Assembly (NCBI RefSeq): GCF_004010195.1
Contig: NC_057754.1
Coordinates: forward strand, 8,802,566-8,866,565
DNA: 64,000 nt
Direction: 5' to 3'
DNA from: Chiloscyllium plagiosum
Taxonomy: Eukaryota
Part shown: piece by piece, positions 51,211-63,289 of the stretch
Numbering within the stretch: position 1 is the first letter of the stretch
How the letters are laid out: the number at the start of each line of letters is the position of its first letter
Notes under the pieces: generated by a model
Database searches by the model: none
What the model was told of the DNA's origin: nothing
What the model saw: only the letters and a program-made list of their open reading frames with translations
Made by a program: the position numbers and the translations under genes

Positions 51211-52319
51211 AGCTGTGTTAAGATTATGGTGTGCTTTTCCAGCACCACTCTAATCTTGACTCTAATCTCCAGCATCTACATTACCCACTTCCACCTTGTG
51301 TTAAGATTATATTTATTTATATTCAGGACTTGTATTTGAGGCCCAAAATAAAAGAATCTACCTCTGCCTCAAAAGTATCCAATGACCCTGCCTCAACTGC
51401 TCTCTGTGGAAGAAACTACGTTAGATCTCCAATCCTCGAGTATAAAAATCAATTCCTCTCTGTCTTAAATGCAAGAACTCTCATTTTTGAATTTGTGCCC
51501 TAGCTCTAGTCTCTCTCACGAGTCGGTATCCTTACTGAAGTCCCCTCATGATCTTATATATTTCAATAACTTGTCAGACATTTCCTCATGCAAAGACCTC
51601 TTCTTCCAGTCAAATAAATCTTTATGCTGTTTTAAAAATTGGAAGACCAAACTGAACACAATACTGTTTATTTTGTGTGTAGGGCCCTATACACCTGTAA
51701 CAAAATATCCCCACTTCTATATTCCATTCCCCTGCTATAATAAGCTGTAGTCCAGTTGTCTTCCAAATTACTTGCTGTACCTGCATTCTAACCTTTTCGT
51801 GATTCAAGTTTTGGTATGCTTGGACCCCTCTCTGCTTAAGGATGCTGCAATCTGTCTGCATTTCAATAAATATCACTTCCCTATTCTTTCTGCTAAAGTG
51901 AATGATCTAACTCTGCCAAATATTTGTTCGCTCACTTAACCTACATAATCGCCATTGCAGTCTCCTTATGCCCTCTTCACAATTTACGTTTCCAATTATC
52001 ATTGTATCTTAAATTAATTTAGTAAACATCCCTTAATCCGAGAGAGAGGAGAGTTTCTACAGCAGCAGCAGAGCTGGGATGAGGGTGGAGTCAGGTGATG
52101 GTGCTGAGATGGAAATGGGAGATCTTGCTGAAGATGATAATCTGTGGTTTGAAGCTGTTGTGAACAGTCTGATCCACCTTGGACAGTTGCCAAGATGGGA
52201 GTCACTGCCCAGGGAGAGGTGTGAGGGCAATGGCCAGGAGTGGCGTTGCCACCAGGAGCTACGAACAACAGATTCAGTTTTCCTGATATTTAATTGGAGG
52301 AATTTTCTGCTCAGCCAAG

Positions 52320-52412
52320 TATTCCTGATGAAGGGCTTTTGCCCGAAACGTCGATTTTGCCTGTCCTCGGATGCTGCCTGAATTGCTGTGCTCTTCCAGC
52401 ACCACTGATCCA
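52320..52412 (+). mobile_element. Penelope pLTR fragment with intact minimal hammerhead core
   Basis: CTGATGA-A-GGGC-TTTT-GCCC-GAAA-CGTC at 52325-52352. Confidence 0.8.
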
Positions 52413-53204
52413 GTACTGGACGTCAGACAAGTCAGGATGACATGTGACTTGGGGTAGAGTTTGGAGCTGATGGTATTCACATCCCCATGCCACCCTAGGC
52501 GGGGGAGGTTAATGATTTGTGGCACTTCAACCTCTCCATCACTTGGATTCTCCCACACACACTCTCCTCCACTAGAGGCCAGAGTCGTTGAAGTCCCACC
52601 AGATTGGTAGACAGCAAAATAAAATTATTCACAAGAAGAAAGAGAGAGAAAATGGAAAATTGTGATCACTGTGTCCTGAGGAAATCATTTATTCTGAGAT
52701 AATTTATTAAACTTGCCTTGTTACATGTTACCAGATTCAAAGTAGCTTGATCCCTGTTTGGAGAAACAACACATTATCCTGAGAAACAGTCCTGAAAATA
52801 CTCCATAAATATGTCCTTGTGGCTACCTTTCCAATTTGATTTCCCAAATGTGTGAGAAGATTAAAGGCACCCACAATGAATACATTTGCTGTCGTTATCC
52901 CCTGATGCATTCTCTAACCTGCAGCACAGCTACTGTAATGGGACGTACAGACTGATCCTCTTAAAGTAAAGTAGTGTTCTCACCGTTACATAAGGGGCAT
53001 TGGTGAGACCACATCTGGAGTATTTTGTCCAGTTTTAGTCTGCTTAATTGAGGAAGGATGTGGTGGCACTGAAGGCAGTTCAGAAGAGGCTCACCAGGTC
53101 GATTCCAAGGATGAAAGGGTTGTTGTATAATGAGTAGTTAAATAGCTTGGGCTTGTACACTCTGGAGTTCAGAAGAATGAGGGGGATCTAATTGAGGTAC
53201 ATAA

Positions 53205-53543
53205 AATGCTAAAGGGGGTGTTGTGGTTATGTTCGCCGAGCTGGGAATTTGTATTGCAGACGTTTCATCCCCTGTCTAGGTGACATCCTCAGTGCTTGGG
53301 AGCCTCCTGTGAAGCTTCCGGTTGTCAGCTGGAACTGACAACCGGAAGCGGCAGATTCAAACCACTACAAATGCCGGAGGAAACATCCAAGAAGCGCTTC
53401 ACAGGAGGCTCCCAAGCACTGAGGATGTCACCTAGACAGGGGACGAAACGTCTGCAACACAAATTCCCAGCTCGGCGAACACAACCACAACAACGAGCAC
53501 CCGAGCTACAAATCTTCTCTCAAACTTTGAATGCTAAAGGGGG
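53205..53543. mobile_element. Palindromic Penelope-derived insertion (third family) inside a CR1, 14-bp TSD
   Basis: TSD AATGCTAAAGGGGG at 53205-53218 and 53530-53543; ~95-bp inverted arms; hammerheads at 53419-53452 (+) and 53259-53292 (-). Confidence 0.9.
53419..53452 (+). ncRNA. Minimal type I hammerhead ribozyme motif
   Basis: GCA-CTGAGGA-T-GTCACCT-AGAC-AGGGGAC-GAAA-CGTC-TGC: core boxes, helix II, helix I GCA/TGC, GUC site. Confidence 0.75.
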
Positions 53544-54214
53544 ATTGATCAGGTGGATGTTGATCAGATGTTCCCCCTTGTGTCGAACAACAGGTTATAC
53601 TCAGAGTGAGAGGAGGTAGGTTCAAAACTGAATGAGGAGAAACTACTTCTCTGAGGGTTGTGAACCTGTGGAACTCACTGCCCCTGAGTGCAATGGAGGC
53701 AGGATTAATCAAGAAAGAAATAGGTGTGTTTCTGTTGAAAAGAAGGGTAAAAGGATACAGGGAGCAGGTAGAAGAGTAGAATGGAGACCAGGGTAAGATC
53801 AACCATGATTATGTTAAATGGTGGGGCAGGGCTGAATTACCTACTCCTGCTCTTAATTCCTATGTTCCACCAGTACCGCCTTCCCTTTGTTAGTTTTTAA
53901 CCTCCACACATATGGATTCTACACCTGCCGATTCAAGATCCTTTCTTGCTATTGTACTTATTCCATTCCACTGCTAACAGAGCTACCACACCGTCCTTTG
54001 CTTCCTGCCTGTCCGTTTGAAAAGTCACATACCCCTGAATATATAAGGAGAAAGTGAGGACTGGAGATCAGAGTCGAGAGTGTGGTGCTGTGTCTTTTCA
54101 GCACCACACCCTGAATACACAAGTCTCCAACTGTGATCTCCTTGTAGCCATGCCCTTGTAATGGTCATGAGCGGTTGAGTGAGTGGGCAGAAATTTGTCA
54201 GATAGAATATATTT

Positions 54215-55370
54215 TTCATTCATTCACAAGATTTGGGCTTCGCTCAGTCGGCCAGCATCTACTGCTCATCCCTAGTTTCCTTGAGAAAATGGTGGTGAAC
54301 TGCCTTCTTGAACCACGACAACCCAAGTGCTGTTGGTAAACCTATAATGCACTCAGAGAGGGAGTTCCAAGATTTTGACTAAGCAACACTGAAGGAGCGA
54401 TGATATATTTCTAAGTCAGGATGGTGAGTGACTTGGAGGAGTACTTGCAGGCATTCCCAGTTCCCAAATATCTGCTGCCCTTGTTGTAGATAGCAGTGGT
54501 TGTAGGTTTGGAAGATGCTGTCTAAGGAGCCTTAAAGGTGAATTACTGCAGTGAATTTTGTCAACTGTGCATTCTGCTGCTATTGACTGAATGTGGTGTC
54601 AGTCAAGAAGGTTGCATTGGCTTGGATGGTGTCAAGCTTCCTGAGTGTTGTTAGAACTGCACTCATCCAGGCTTCTGGGGAGTATTCCATCACAATCCTG
54701 ACTTGTGCCTTGTGGACATGCTTTGGGGAATAAGGAGGTGAGTTACTCACTAAAGTATTCCTAGCTTCTGACTTGTTCTTGTAGCCACTGTATTTATATG
54801 ACCAGTCCAGTTTCTGTTCAGTGGTAACCCCCAGGCTGTTAATAGTGGGATAGTCAGTGATGGTGACACTAATGAATGTCAAGGGATGACGGTCTCTTAT
54901 TGGAGATGGCCATTACCTGGCATTTGTGTGGCTTGAATGTTACTTGCCACTTTTCAGACCCAGCCTGGACATTGTCCAGATCTTGTGACTGCTTCAGTAT
55001 CTGAGGAGTTGCGAATGGTACTGGGTATTGTGCAATCATCACCGAATATCCCCACTTCTCATCTTATGATGGAGGAAAGGTCATCAATGAAGCATTGATG
55101 ATGATGGTTGAGCCTAGGACAACCCCGTTGAGGAACTCTTGCAGACATGTCCTGAAGCTGAGGACACTGACCTCCAACAACCACAACCACCTTCCTGTGT
55201 GCCAGGTATGACTCCAACCAGTAGAGAGATTTCCTCTGATTCACATTGACTCCAGTTTTGCTAGGGCTCTTGGATTAAGTGTGGCCTGGATTGCAAGGGC
55301 AGTGACTCTTAGTCCACCTCTGGAATTCAGCTCTTTTGTCCATGTTTGAACCAAGGCTGTGACAAGGCTA
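54215..55370 (-). mobile_element. L2/CR1-group LINE RT-to-3' fragment
   Basis: WLESYLAHRKVVVVVGGQ, KAQVRIVMEYSPEAW, LRKLDTIQ; tail ending GTGAATGAATG. Confidence 0.8.
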
Positions 55371-55568
55371 AATGTGAACTTGTCCACTTTGAAGAATAGA
55401 AAACTGGAATGCTATTAGAACAGAGAGATTGTAGTGTTCTTCAGTATAGAGGGATCTTGGTGTCCTGGTACACGTATCTCCTACAGTTAGTATGCAGGTA
55501 TGGCAAGTCATCAGGAAGTAAGTGGTGTGGTGTTTGTTGGAATGAGGGCTGGAATAGAAAAGAAGAGT

Positions 55569-55929
55569 TAGAGTCATAGAATCTCTACAGTGTGGAAACA
55601 GGCCCTTCGGCCCAACAAGGTCACACCAACCCTCCGAAGAGTAACCCATGCAGATGCATTCCGCTACCCTATTATCCTATATTTACCCCCGACTAATGCA
55701 CTCAACCTACAATCTCTGAATACTATGGGCAATTTAGCATGTCCAATTCACCCTAACCTGCACATCTTTGACTTGTGGGAGGAAATCTGAGCACCTGATG
55801 GAAACCCATGCAGACACAGAGAGAATGTGCAAACTCCACACACACACACCCGGTCACCTGAGGCTGGAATTGAACCCAGGTTCCCATCACTGAGGCAGCA
55901 GTGTTAACCACTGAGCCACCGTGCCGCCC
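55569..55929 (-). mobile_element. HE1-type SINE
   Basis: Head ...CACTGAGCCACCGTGCCGCCC and V core. Confidence 0.88.
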
Positions 55930-55951
55930 TAGTGATTTTTATATTTATATA

Positions 55952-56183
55952 ACTGTATTTATATGACCAGTCCAGTTTCTGTTCAGTGGTAACCCCCAGG
56001 ATGTTAATAGTGGGATATTCAGTGATGGTGACACTAATGAATGTCAAGGGATGACGGTCTCTCATTGGAGATGGCCATTACCTGGCATTTGTGTGGCTTG
56101 AATGTTACTTGCCACTTTTCAGACCCAGCCTGGACATTGTCCAGATCTTGTGATTGCTTCAGTATCTGAGGAGTTGCGAATGG
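55952..56183 (+). repeat. 232-bp near-identical copy of 54787-55018
   Basis: Direct comparison shows only a few substitutions. Confidence 0.9.
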
Positions 56184-57179
56184 GCATTGATGGGACCACA
56201 TCTGGTGGATGCAAACAGTTTTGGTTTCCTTATTTGAAACAAGATGTATTTGCTTTTGAAGTAATTCAGAGAAGGTCCACTTGTCTCATTCCTAAGATGA
56301 AGGTTGCTTTTAGGAAAGGTTAAGCAGCAGTTAGGCCTATATCCAACAGAATTTAAAAGAATGACAGACATGTAAAAAGGTGAGGGGACTGGGTAGGGTG
56401 TATACCATGAGGATGTTTCCTGTCTTGGGGAGCCTAGAACTACTTTAAGAATAAGGGGTCTCCTTTTTAAGTTGGACACAAGAATTTTTTGTCTCGCACG
56501 GAGGCTTGTGTATGCAATCCTCTTCATCAAAAAAAAGTGGATCTTGGGTCTTTAAATTTATCTTTCATAGACAAGTGGATATGAGGCCAGATGGGAGACT
56601 GGAATTAAAACCACAAACAGACCAGCCATCATTTACTGAATGGCAGAGCTCGAAAGACTGAATGCCTTCCTGTTCCTAAGTTCCAAATCCCTATGTGTTG
56701 GAGCAAATCTTTCCAGAGATGAGATCAGGAGACAGCAGAGCTTGAGGTATGTGGCAATTTTATTCATATATTCCACTGGTGCAATACAAAGGGAGATCAA
56801 AGACTGCCCCCTGAATCGGGCCTCGATATGAGGGTTCAATTACCCTCTTAATCTGCAGCTCAGATCAGAAGTCAATGACAGTCTAATTTCAACTTCAAGT
56901 AAAATAACTTCTACACATTTTTCTTGTAATATTAACATGGCAGCACATATTCCCTCCCCATGTATACTATTTGTTAATTAGTGCTGGGTTGTTCAACTGT
57001 GATTGGATTCCCAGCACATCATTCAATAGTGATCTTGTTGCTATGATCTGAATGGGTCCCTTTTGGTATGTGAGGAACGGAACTTTCCATGGTTGCTTGT
57101 GACCTCATATCTCTCAACTATGATGTCTGCGCCTGCTATTTTGTACAGGACTGTAACAGTCTCCTATGAGGTTGAGATG

Positions 57180-58130
57180 AAGTAACCAAGGGCATTCTGG
57201 CTAAGTTTGCAGATGGTACAAAGATGAATAGAGGGATGGGTAGCATTGAGGAGGCAGGGAGGCTGCAGAAGGATTTGGACAGGTTCGGAGAGTGGGCAGA
57301 GAAGTGGCAGATGGAGTACAACGTGGGAAAGTGTGAGGTCATGCACTTTGGGTCGGAAGAAGAGAGGTATGGACTGTTTTCTAAATGGGGAGAAAATTCA
57401 GAAGTCTGAGGTGCAAAGAGACTTGGGAATTCTAGTCCAGGATTCTCTCTAGATAAACTTGCAGGTTGAGTCAGTAGTTAGGAAGGCAAATGAAAATGGT
57501 GGCATTTATTTTGAAAGGACTTGAATATAAAAGCAAGTTTGTATGTCTGAGGCTCTATAAGGCTCTGGTCAGACCACATTCGGAGTATTGTGCACAGTTT
57601 TGGGCCGCATATCGCAGGAAGGATGTACTGGCCTTGGAGCGTGTTCAGAAGACGTTCAATGGAATGGTCCCAGGAATGAAAAGCTTCACATATGAGGAAC
57701 GTTTGAGGACTCTGTGTCTATAGTCGATGGAGTTTAGAAGGATTAGGGGGGGGATCTAATAGGCATTTATAGAGTAGTGAATGATTTAGACGGAGTGGAT
57801 GTTGGGAAGATGCTTCCATTGGTAGGAGAGACCAGGACCCGAGGGCACAGCCTTCGAGTAAAGGGAAGACCCTTTCGAACGGAGATAAGGAGAAACTTCT
57901 TCAGCCAGTGAGTAGGGAATCTATGGAATTCACTGCCACAGAAGGCTGTGGGGGCCAGGTCATTAATATGTTAAAGACAGATAGATAGGTTCTGGATTGT
58001 CAAGGGGATCAAGGCTTACAGGGAGAAAGCAGGAGAATGGAGTTGAGAAACTTCCAGCCGTGATTGAATGGCGGAGCAGACTTGATGGGCTGAATGGCCT
58101 AATTTCTGCTCCTATGTCTTATGGTCTTAT
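57180..58130 (+). mobile_element. CR1 RT-to-3' fragment
   Basis: KFADGTK, WAEKWQMEYNVGKCEVMHFG, LYKALVRPHSEYCAQFW; tail TCTTATGGTCTTAT. Confidence 0.92.
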
Positions 58131-58787
58131 TTCTCACCATTCCAATTCTCATAGTTGCTGTCCTTGATAAGAGATAGGGAGGCCCCACCCTATAAGTTGC
58201 AAACCTAACTTTGTAATATTTTGGTTATTCATATATCTTCCTATAAAAATAATCTTACATTTATAATCATGTTGACAAATCTTAATTAAAACCTACTTGT
58301 AGTATTATAACTAATAGATTAGAAAAATACTTAAAATAACTATCTTGTATGAAATGTTCTTACTTTAGGATAGCAAAGAATGTTGCACATTCAATCTGAC
58401 TGTAGTAAACAGACTACTATTATCCTCTGTTCTGAGAACACGTTAAATAAATGCCTCTCCCACTTTATAATTTCTGTTAAATATGTACCGCAAAACTTGT
58501 TGGGGCTGTTGTCGGCCATTTTTATGCTGTAATGTTATGGGACAGCCCTAACACTGTAGGCACAGACTGGGTGGCAGGTTTCTTTTCCTGAAGGACATTA
58601 ATGTTTAATGATAATTGGGCGACTTCTCCCAGAGCAGACCCCACAAATGTTAGGCTCTGTTACATAGCCTGCCTTCGTGTTTACGTGGATTGTCTCTCGC
58701 TCCCTTTCTTCTGCTATAGATTGTCACAGGATGGCAAAATTAGAGCTGAGAGATTCAAAGTAACTGTCATTTCAGGTACTATGGAAC

Positions 58788-59834
58788 ATGGAAGGAAAAA
58801 GTAGCATTCACCTTGGTGGGAAACCGTACAAATGTTCTTTGTGTGGGCGAGGCTTCAGCCAGTCATCAGGTCTGTCGCGACACAAGCGTAGTCACACGGG
58901 GGAGAGGCCGTGGAAATGTGGGGACTGTGGGAAAGGATTCAGTCACCCGTCCCAACTGGAGATCCACCAGCGAAGTCACACGGAGGAGAGGCCGTTCACC
59001 TGCCCCGAGTGTGGGAAGGGATTCATTCACCCGTCATGGCTGCAGGCTCATCGCCGCAGTCACACCGGGGAGAGGCCGTTCACCTGTTCCAAATGTGGGA
59101 AGGGATTTATTCAGTTGTTCAACTTGCACAGACACCAAAGCACTCACGCGGGGGAGAAACTGTACGCGTGTTCCATCTGTGGACAGGGCTTCAGCCAACC
59201 ATCCGACCTCTCAGAGCATAAATGCAGACACAGTGGGGAGAGGCCGTGGAAATGTGGTGACTGTGGAAAGGGATTCAAATCCCCATCTGAGGTGGAAACG
59301 CATCGGCGCAGCCACACAGGCGAGAGACCGTTCACCTGCTCCGACTGTGGGAAGGGCTTCACTTGTTCTTCCAATTTGCTGACACACCAACGAGTTCACA
59401 CCGGGGAGAGACCGTTCACCTGTCCAGACTGTGGGAAGAGATTCACTCAGTCATCCCAGCTGCTGACCCACCAGCGCATTCACACCGACGAGAGAGTTTT
59501 TAAATGCCCGGACTGCGGGAAGCGCTACAAAACCTCCAAGGAATTGACATCCCACCAAAGGGTTCACACTGACCAGAGACCGTTCAGGTGCTCTCACTGC
59601 GGGACTGGGTTCAGGCAGTCATCTCAACTCACCGTACACCAGCGAACGCACACTGGAGAGAAGCCGTTCACATGCTCCGTGTGCGGGAAAGGATTCACTC
59701 AGTCATCCAGCCTGCTGATGCACCATCGTATTCACACCGGAGAGAGGCCATTCACCTGCTCCCAGTGTGGGAAGGGATTCACTCAGTCATCGCACCTGCT
59801 GACACATCAACAAGTTCACAAGAAACCACAGTGA
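58788..59834 (+). CDS. Tandem C2H2 zinc-finger protein, 12 fingers, 348 aa, no effector domain seen
   Basis: Intact ORF with TGERPF linkers; polypyrimidine tract with AG acceptors at 58718-58719 and 58728-58729. Confidence 0.93.
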   Translation: MEGKSSIHLGGKPYKCSLCGRGFSQSSGLSRHKRSHTGERPWKCGDCGKGFSHPSQLEIHQRSHTEERPFTCPECGKGFIHPSWLQAHRRSHTGERPFTCSKCGKGFIQLFNLHRHQSTHAGEKLYACSICGQGFSQPSDLSEHKCRHSGERPWKCGDCGKGFKSPSEVETHRRSHTGERPFTCSDCGKGFTCSSNLLTHQRVHTGERPFTCPDCGKRFTQSSQLLTHQRIHTDERVFKCPDCGKRYKTSKELTSHQRVHTDQRPFRCSHCGTGFRQSSQLTVHQRTHTGEKPFTCSVCGKGFTQSSSLLMHHRIHTGERPFTCSQCGKGFTQSSHLLTHQQVHKKPQ

Positions 59835-60275
59835 TTGGATTTTGCTGTTAATCAAATCCAGGCCTGAACCATGTTCATTGGGGTCTGTTTCTATTGATGA
59901 TGCTAAACTCCAGCCCAGTTATAGCCGTTAACATTTTGGATACAGTCAAATTAATTTTGTGCTCAGTATATGGCATGTTGAGTCTTTTTAATAGCTCAAA
60001 CACAAGTTACTACTTTTTGAAGGGGTCTCTCTCTCCCTTATCTCTCCATCTTCACTTCTAACAACAACACGTGAGGAGCTTATTCAGATTTGTTTTGTGA
60101 CTAAAAATGAGATAATGTGATCAGCTGCCTCCCTCTTCTTATCTACAAACTCACTGGGTCATAGAGTTTCTTCTTTGTCCCAACATTAAATTCACATCTT
60201 TCTCCAGTAGCCCTCCAAATCTTTCCTCATGCCCTATCAGAATGCACCTTGTCCATCAGATCCCCTTCTTCTCCC

Positions 60276-60544
60276 TTGATCCTATTCACACTAAGGAGGA
60301 GAAAGTGAGGTCTGCAGATGCTGGAGATCAAAGTTGAAACTTTATTGCTGGAACAGCACAGCAGGTCAGGCAGCATCCAGGGAACAGGAGATTCGACGTT
60401 TCGGGCACAGGCCCTTCTTCAGGAATGAGAATGTGTCATTCCTGAAGAAGGGCCTGTGCCCGAAACGTCGAATCTCCTGTTCCCTGGATGCTGCCTGACC
60501 TGCTGTGCTGTTCCAGCAATAAAGTTTGATCCTATTCACACTAA
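60276..60544. mobile_element. Young palindromic Penelope-derived insertion, ~19-bp TSD
   Basis: TSD TTGATCCTATTCACACTAA at 60276-60294 and 60526-60544; ~90-bp inverted arms with no mismatch seen. Confidence 0.92.
60442..60469 (+). ncRNA. Minimal type I hammerhead ribozyme motif (mirror copy 60395-60422 on -)
   Basis: ATTC-CTGAAGA-A-GGGC-CTGT-GCCC-GAAA-CGTC-GAAT. Confidence 0.78.
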
Positions 60545-61424
60545 CCCAACCTCCCCATGTTCATTGATCAGTTATCAGTATCAATCTCTTCAGGTACTGC
60601 CGCACTCTCCAAAGCCTCCAATGTCCACACTCTCCTGAAGAAATAAAGATGGCCCCATTGTACTTTGAAACTACATCTCTCTCTCCACCCTCCCTTTCCT
60701 TTCCACAGTCATAGATTCATGCAGCATGGAAATACACCTTTTGGTTCGACTCTCCATACTAACCACGCTCCCAAACTAAATAGTCCCATATCCCTCCAAA
60801 TCTTTACTGTTCATATTCAAGTCTCTTTTCAATGGTGTAACTGTACCTGCATCCGCCTGTTCCTCTGGCAGTTCATTCCAATCACAAACCACTCTCTGTA
60901 TCAAAAAAAGATTGCCCCTCATGTCCTTTTATAAACTTTGTCCTCTCACCTTTAAAAATAGGCAGTCTGATTTTGAACTCCTTTAGCATTTTTACACTCC
61001 AGTATCCATGCCTACCTTGTTTGAATCCCTCCAGTCAGGTTTCTGCCCTTGCGGCTATCCTGAATCAGAGCCACCAATGACACCATCTGTGACTGTGACA
61101 AAGGTAAACTGGCCCTTCTTGACCAATATACCACTTGTCTTCCTATTTGTTTGCTACTTGTAATGTCAGTTTTTAGGACTGTCTTGAACACTTTGGGCAC
61201 CTGCAGTTTCCAACCTCAAATCTGAGAAATATTCTACCACCTTGTTTTTTTTTTAATATAACCAGCGTGAATAGCTTCACACTCACTCCGTCCATGTTCT
61301 GTCTGTGGTGTTCTAGGCCACTCACTTAGTCTCTCCAAGTCCTCTTGAAGCCTCCTTACACCCTCTCCATAACTTAGATTGCCATCCATTTTGGTGTCAT
61401 CAGCAAATTAGGGAATACAGTTCG

Positions 61425-61552
61425 TCCTGATGAAGGGCTTTTGCCTGAAATGTCGATTCTCCTGCTCCTCGGATGCTGCCTGATCTGCTGTGCTTTTCCA
61501 GCACCACACTCTCGACTCTGACCTCCAGCATCTGCAGTCCTCACTTGTCTCC
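61425..61552 (+). mobile_element. Single Penelope pLTR beginning at the hammerhead
   Basis: CCTGATGAAGGGCTTTTGCCTGAAATGTC...CAGCATCTGCAGTCCTCACTTGTCTCC; GAATACA on both flanks. Confidence 0.8.
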
Positions 61553-61579
61553 GAATACAATCGGACCCGCCACTTTTAT

Positions 61580-61816
61580 CGATTGTGAATGGCTGGGAGC
61601 TGGCTTTGTATTAAAAACATTGTCGGGGACGATAGGGCTGCTCTCTTATTAGAAAGAAATGACTTGTGGTAGTTTAAGCTGAGGGTCACCACACCACAGG
61701 CAAAGGGTGAGGTTGAGAAGGTGCAATCTACAAGGTAACTTGAGTTGGTGCAGGAATTCAACCCTCATCATTGGTATCACGAGCTAGCTGTCCAGCCAAT
61801 TGAGCTAACGAGTCCC
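61580..61816 (-). mobile_element. tRNA-derived SINE, different family
   Basis: Minus-strand head GTTAGCTCAATTGG...GGGTTGAATTCC. Confidence 0.6.
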
Positions 61817-61820
61817 CAAA

Positions 61821-62582
61821 TGTGGTAACCAGATGGTAACTGGAACGACACAGAGGTAAATCCCTCTGATAATTAAACCAAACACCCATAAAAGCTCATC
61901 TTGCCTCAATCTGTTAAAGTATGACTGGCAGACAACTCCCAAATTCCACTATTTAAAGAAAATAACATAAATTTATTTTTAACTCTAAAAGCGAACATTA
62001 AACAACCACTATTCACAACTCTAAGCCCCCCATCCATTTCTCTTAATCTGCCTCCAACTCTATAAAAATAACCAATAAGAAACTTACTAAATCTAGATCA
62101 ACTTAATTTCAAAACCACACAATTGTTGTCGTCTTCACTCCTCTGGTTGCTGCTTCCCCTGGGTCATCATCTTTTTTTTTACTCCAAGTATGTTTCACGT
62201 GAACAGGTATCTTTGATGGAGAGTGTTTACTAATTTCTTTGACAGCAAGATGTTTAACGTGCAATGAGCTCTCCATAAGTTTCTTTCTCTACGGCAGTTG
62301 CTGCCTGACCAATTTTCAAACTGTCTGCATTTTTATACCCCCAACGTTGGATTGTCTCGTTGGTTCGATGTTGGCAAAACAGTAAATTCAAACTCGATTG
62401 TATTTTAGTATCCTGGGGCATAATTTAAATCGAGAGTTTAAATTTGACTTGTTGTCAAAACAGCAACCAAAACTCAGATATCCATTTCACAACCAAATGC
62501 TACATATTTTCAATTTCCCAATACACTCTGGGACCGCCATCTAGTCATATGAGGTACAGTACATGCTTTCAACTCCATAACA
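61821..62582 (-). mobile_element. Possible solo LTR
   Basis: TGT...ACA termini; minus-strand TATAAAAA ~62333 and AATAAA ~61975; no clean TSD. Confidence 0.4.
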
Positions 62583-63289
62583 TAACCAAACCTGCCATCT
62601 TGAGAACAACCCATTTACTCCTACTTTCTGCTCTCTGTTGGTTACCCAGTTCTTGATCTTTGTAAATTCCCTCCAATCCCATGTGCCTTAACATTGATAA
62701 CAAATGTACTGTAATACTTTCAAATAATCAGGCTGACCACTTTTTCTGGCATGTTGTAAGCTACTCCCGGTGATCGAATGCAATCCTTAACTTTTGTTAG
62801 CTAAAGTTGATTCACAATTCACTTTGGGTGTCTTGGAGAATATTTCTCAAATTATGGGAGGGTAAAAATAGCATGTGTGCAAAAAATGCTCATTACAGTA
62901 GTAAAAACTGGCATTACAAGTAGCAAATAATTAGGAAGACAAATCTGTCATAACAAACATCTCGTGCACATACATATACACACAACGCCAACACCCTGTT
63001 ATCCTGGTGGAATAATTGTTTATCATTGGAATCTATTTATTTGTAATAAATAGCAATTCTTATTAAGTATGGAAACTGCGATATTCATGCTTTCTGCCAA
63101 CCTGAATTGAAGTTTTACTTCATGTGTTCTCCCAAGGCTGCAGATCCATGCCCCACATGCTCTCCCTCCTCCCTGGACTGAAATCCAAACTACATATTAG
63201 ATAATTTTCTCCATATCCTTTAGAAACATCAAAAAGCATATATCTGGACAGACCATGTAGCAGTAAAAATGACAAACATACACACTGCC

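Noticed and set aside
56696-57158. Possible additional solo LTR (TGTT...AACA)
   Set aside because: Only the termini and a minus-strand AATAAA support it; no TSD, too weak to call
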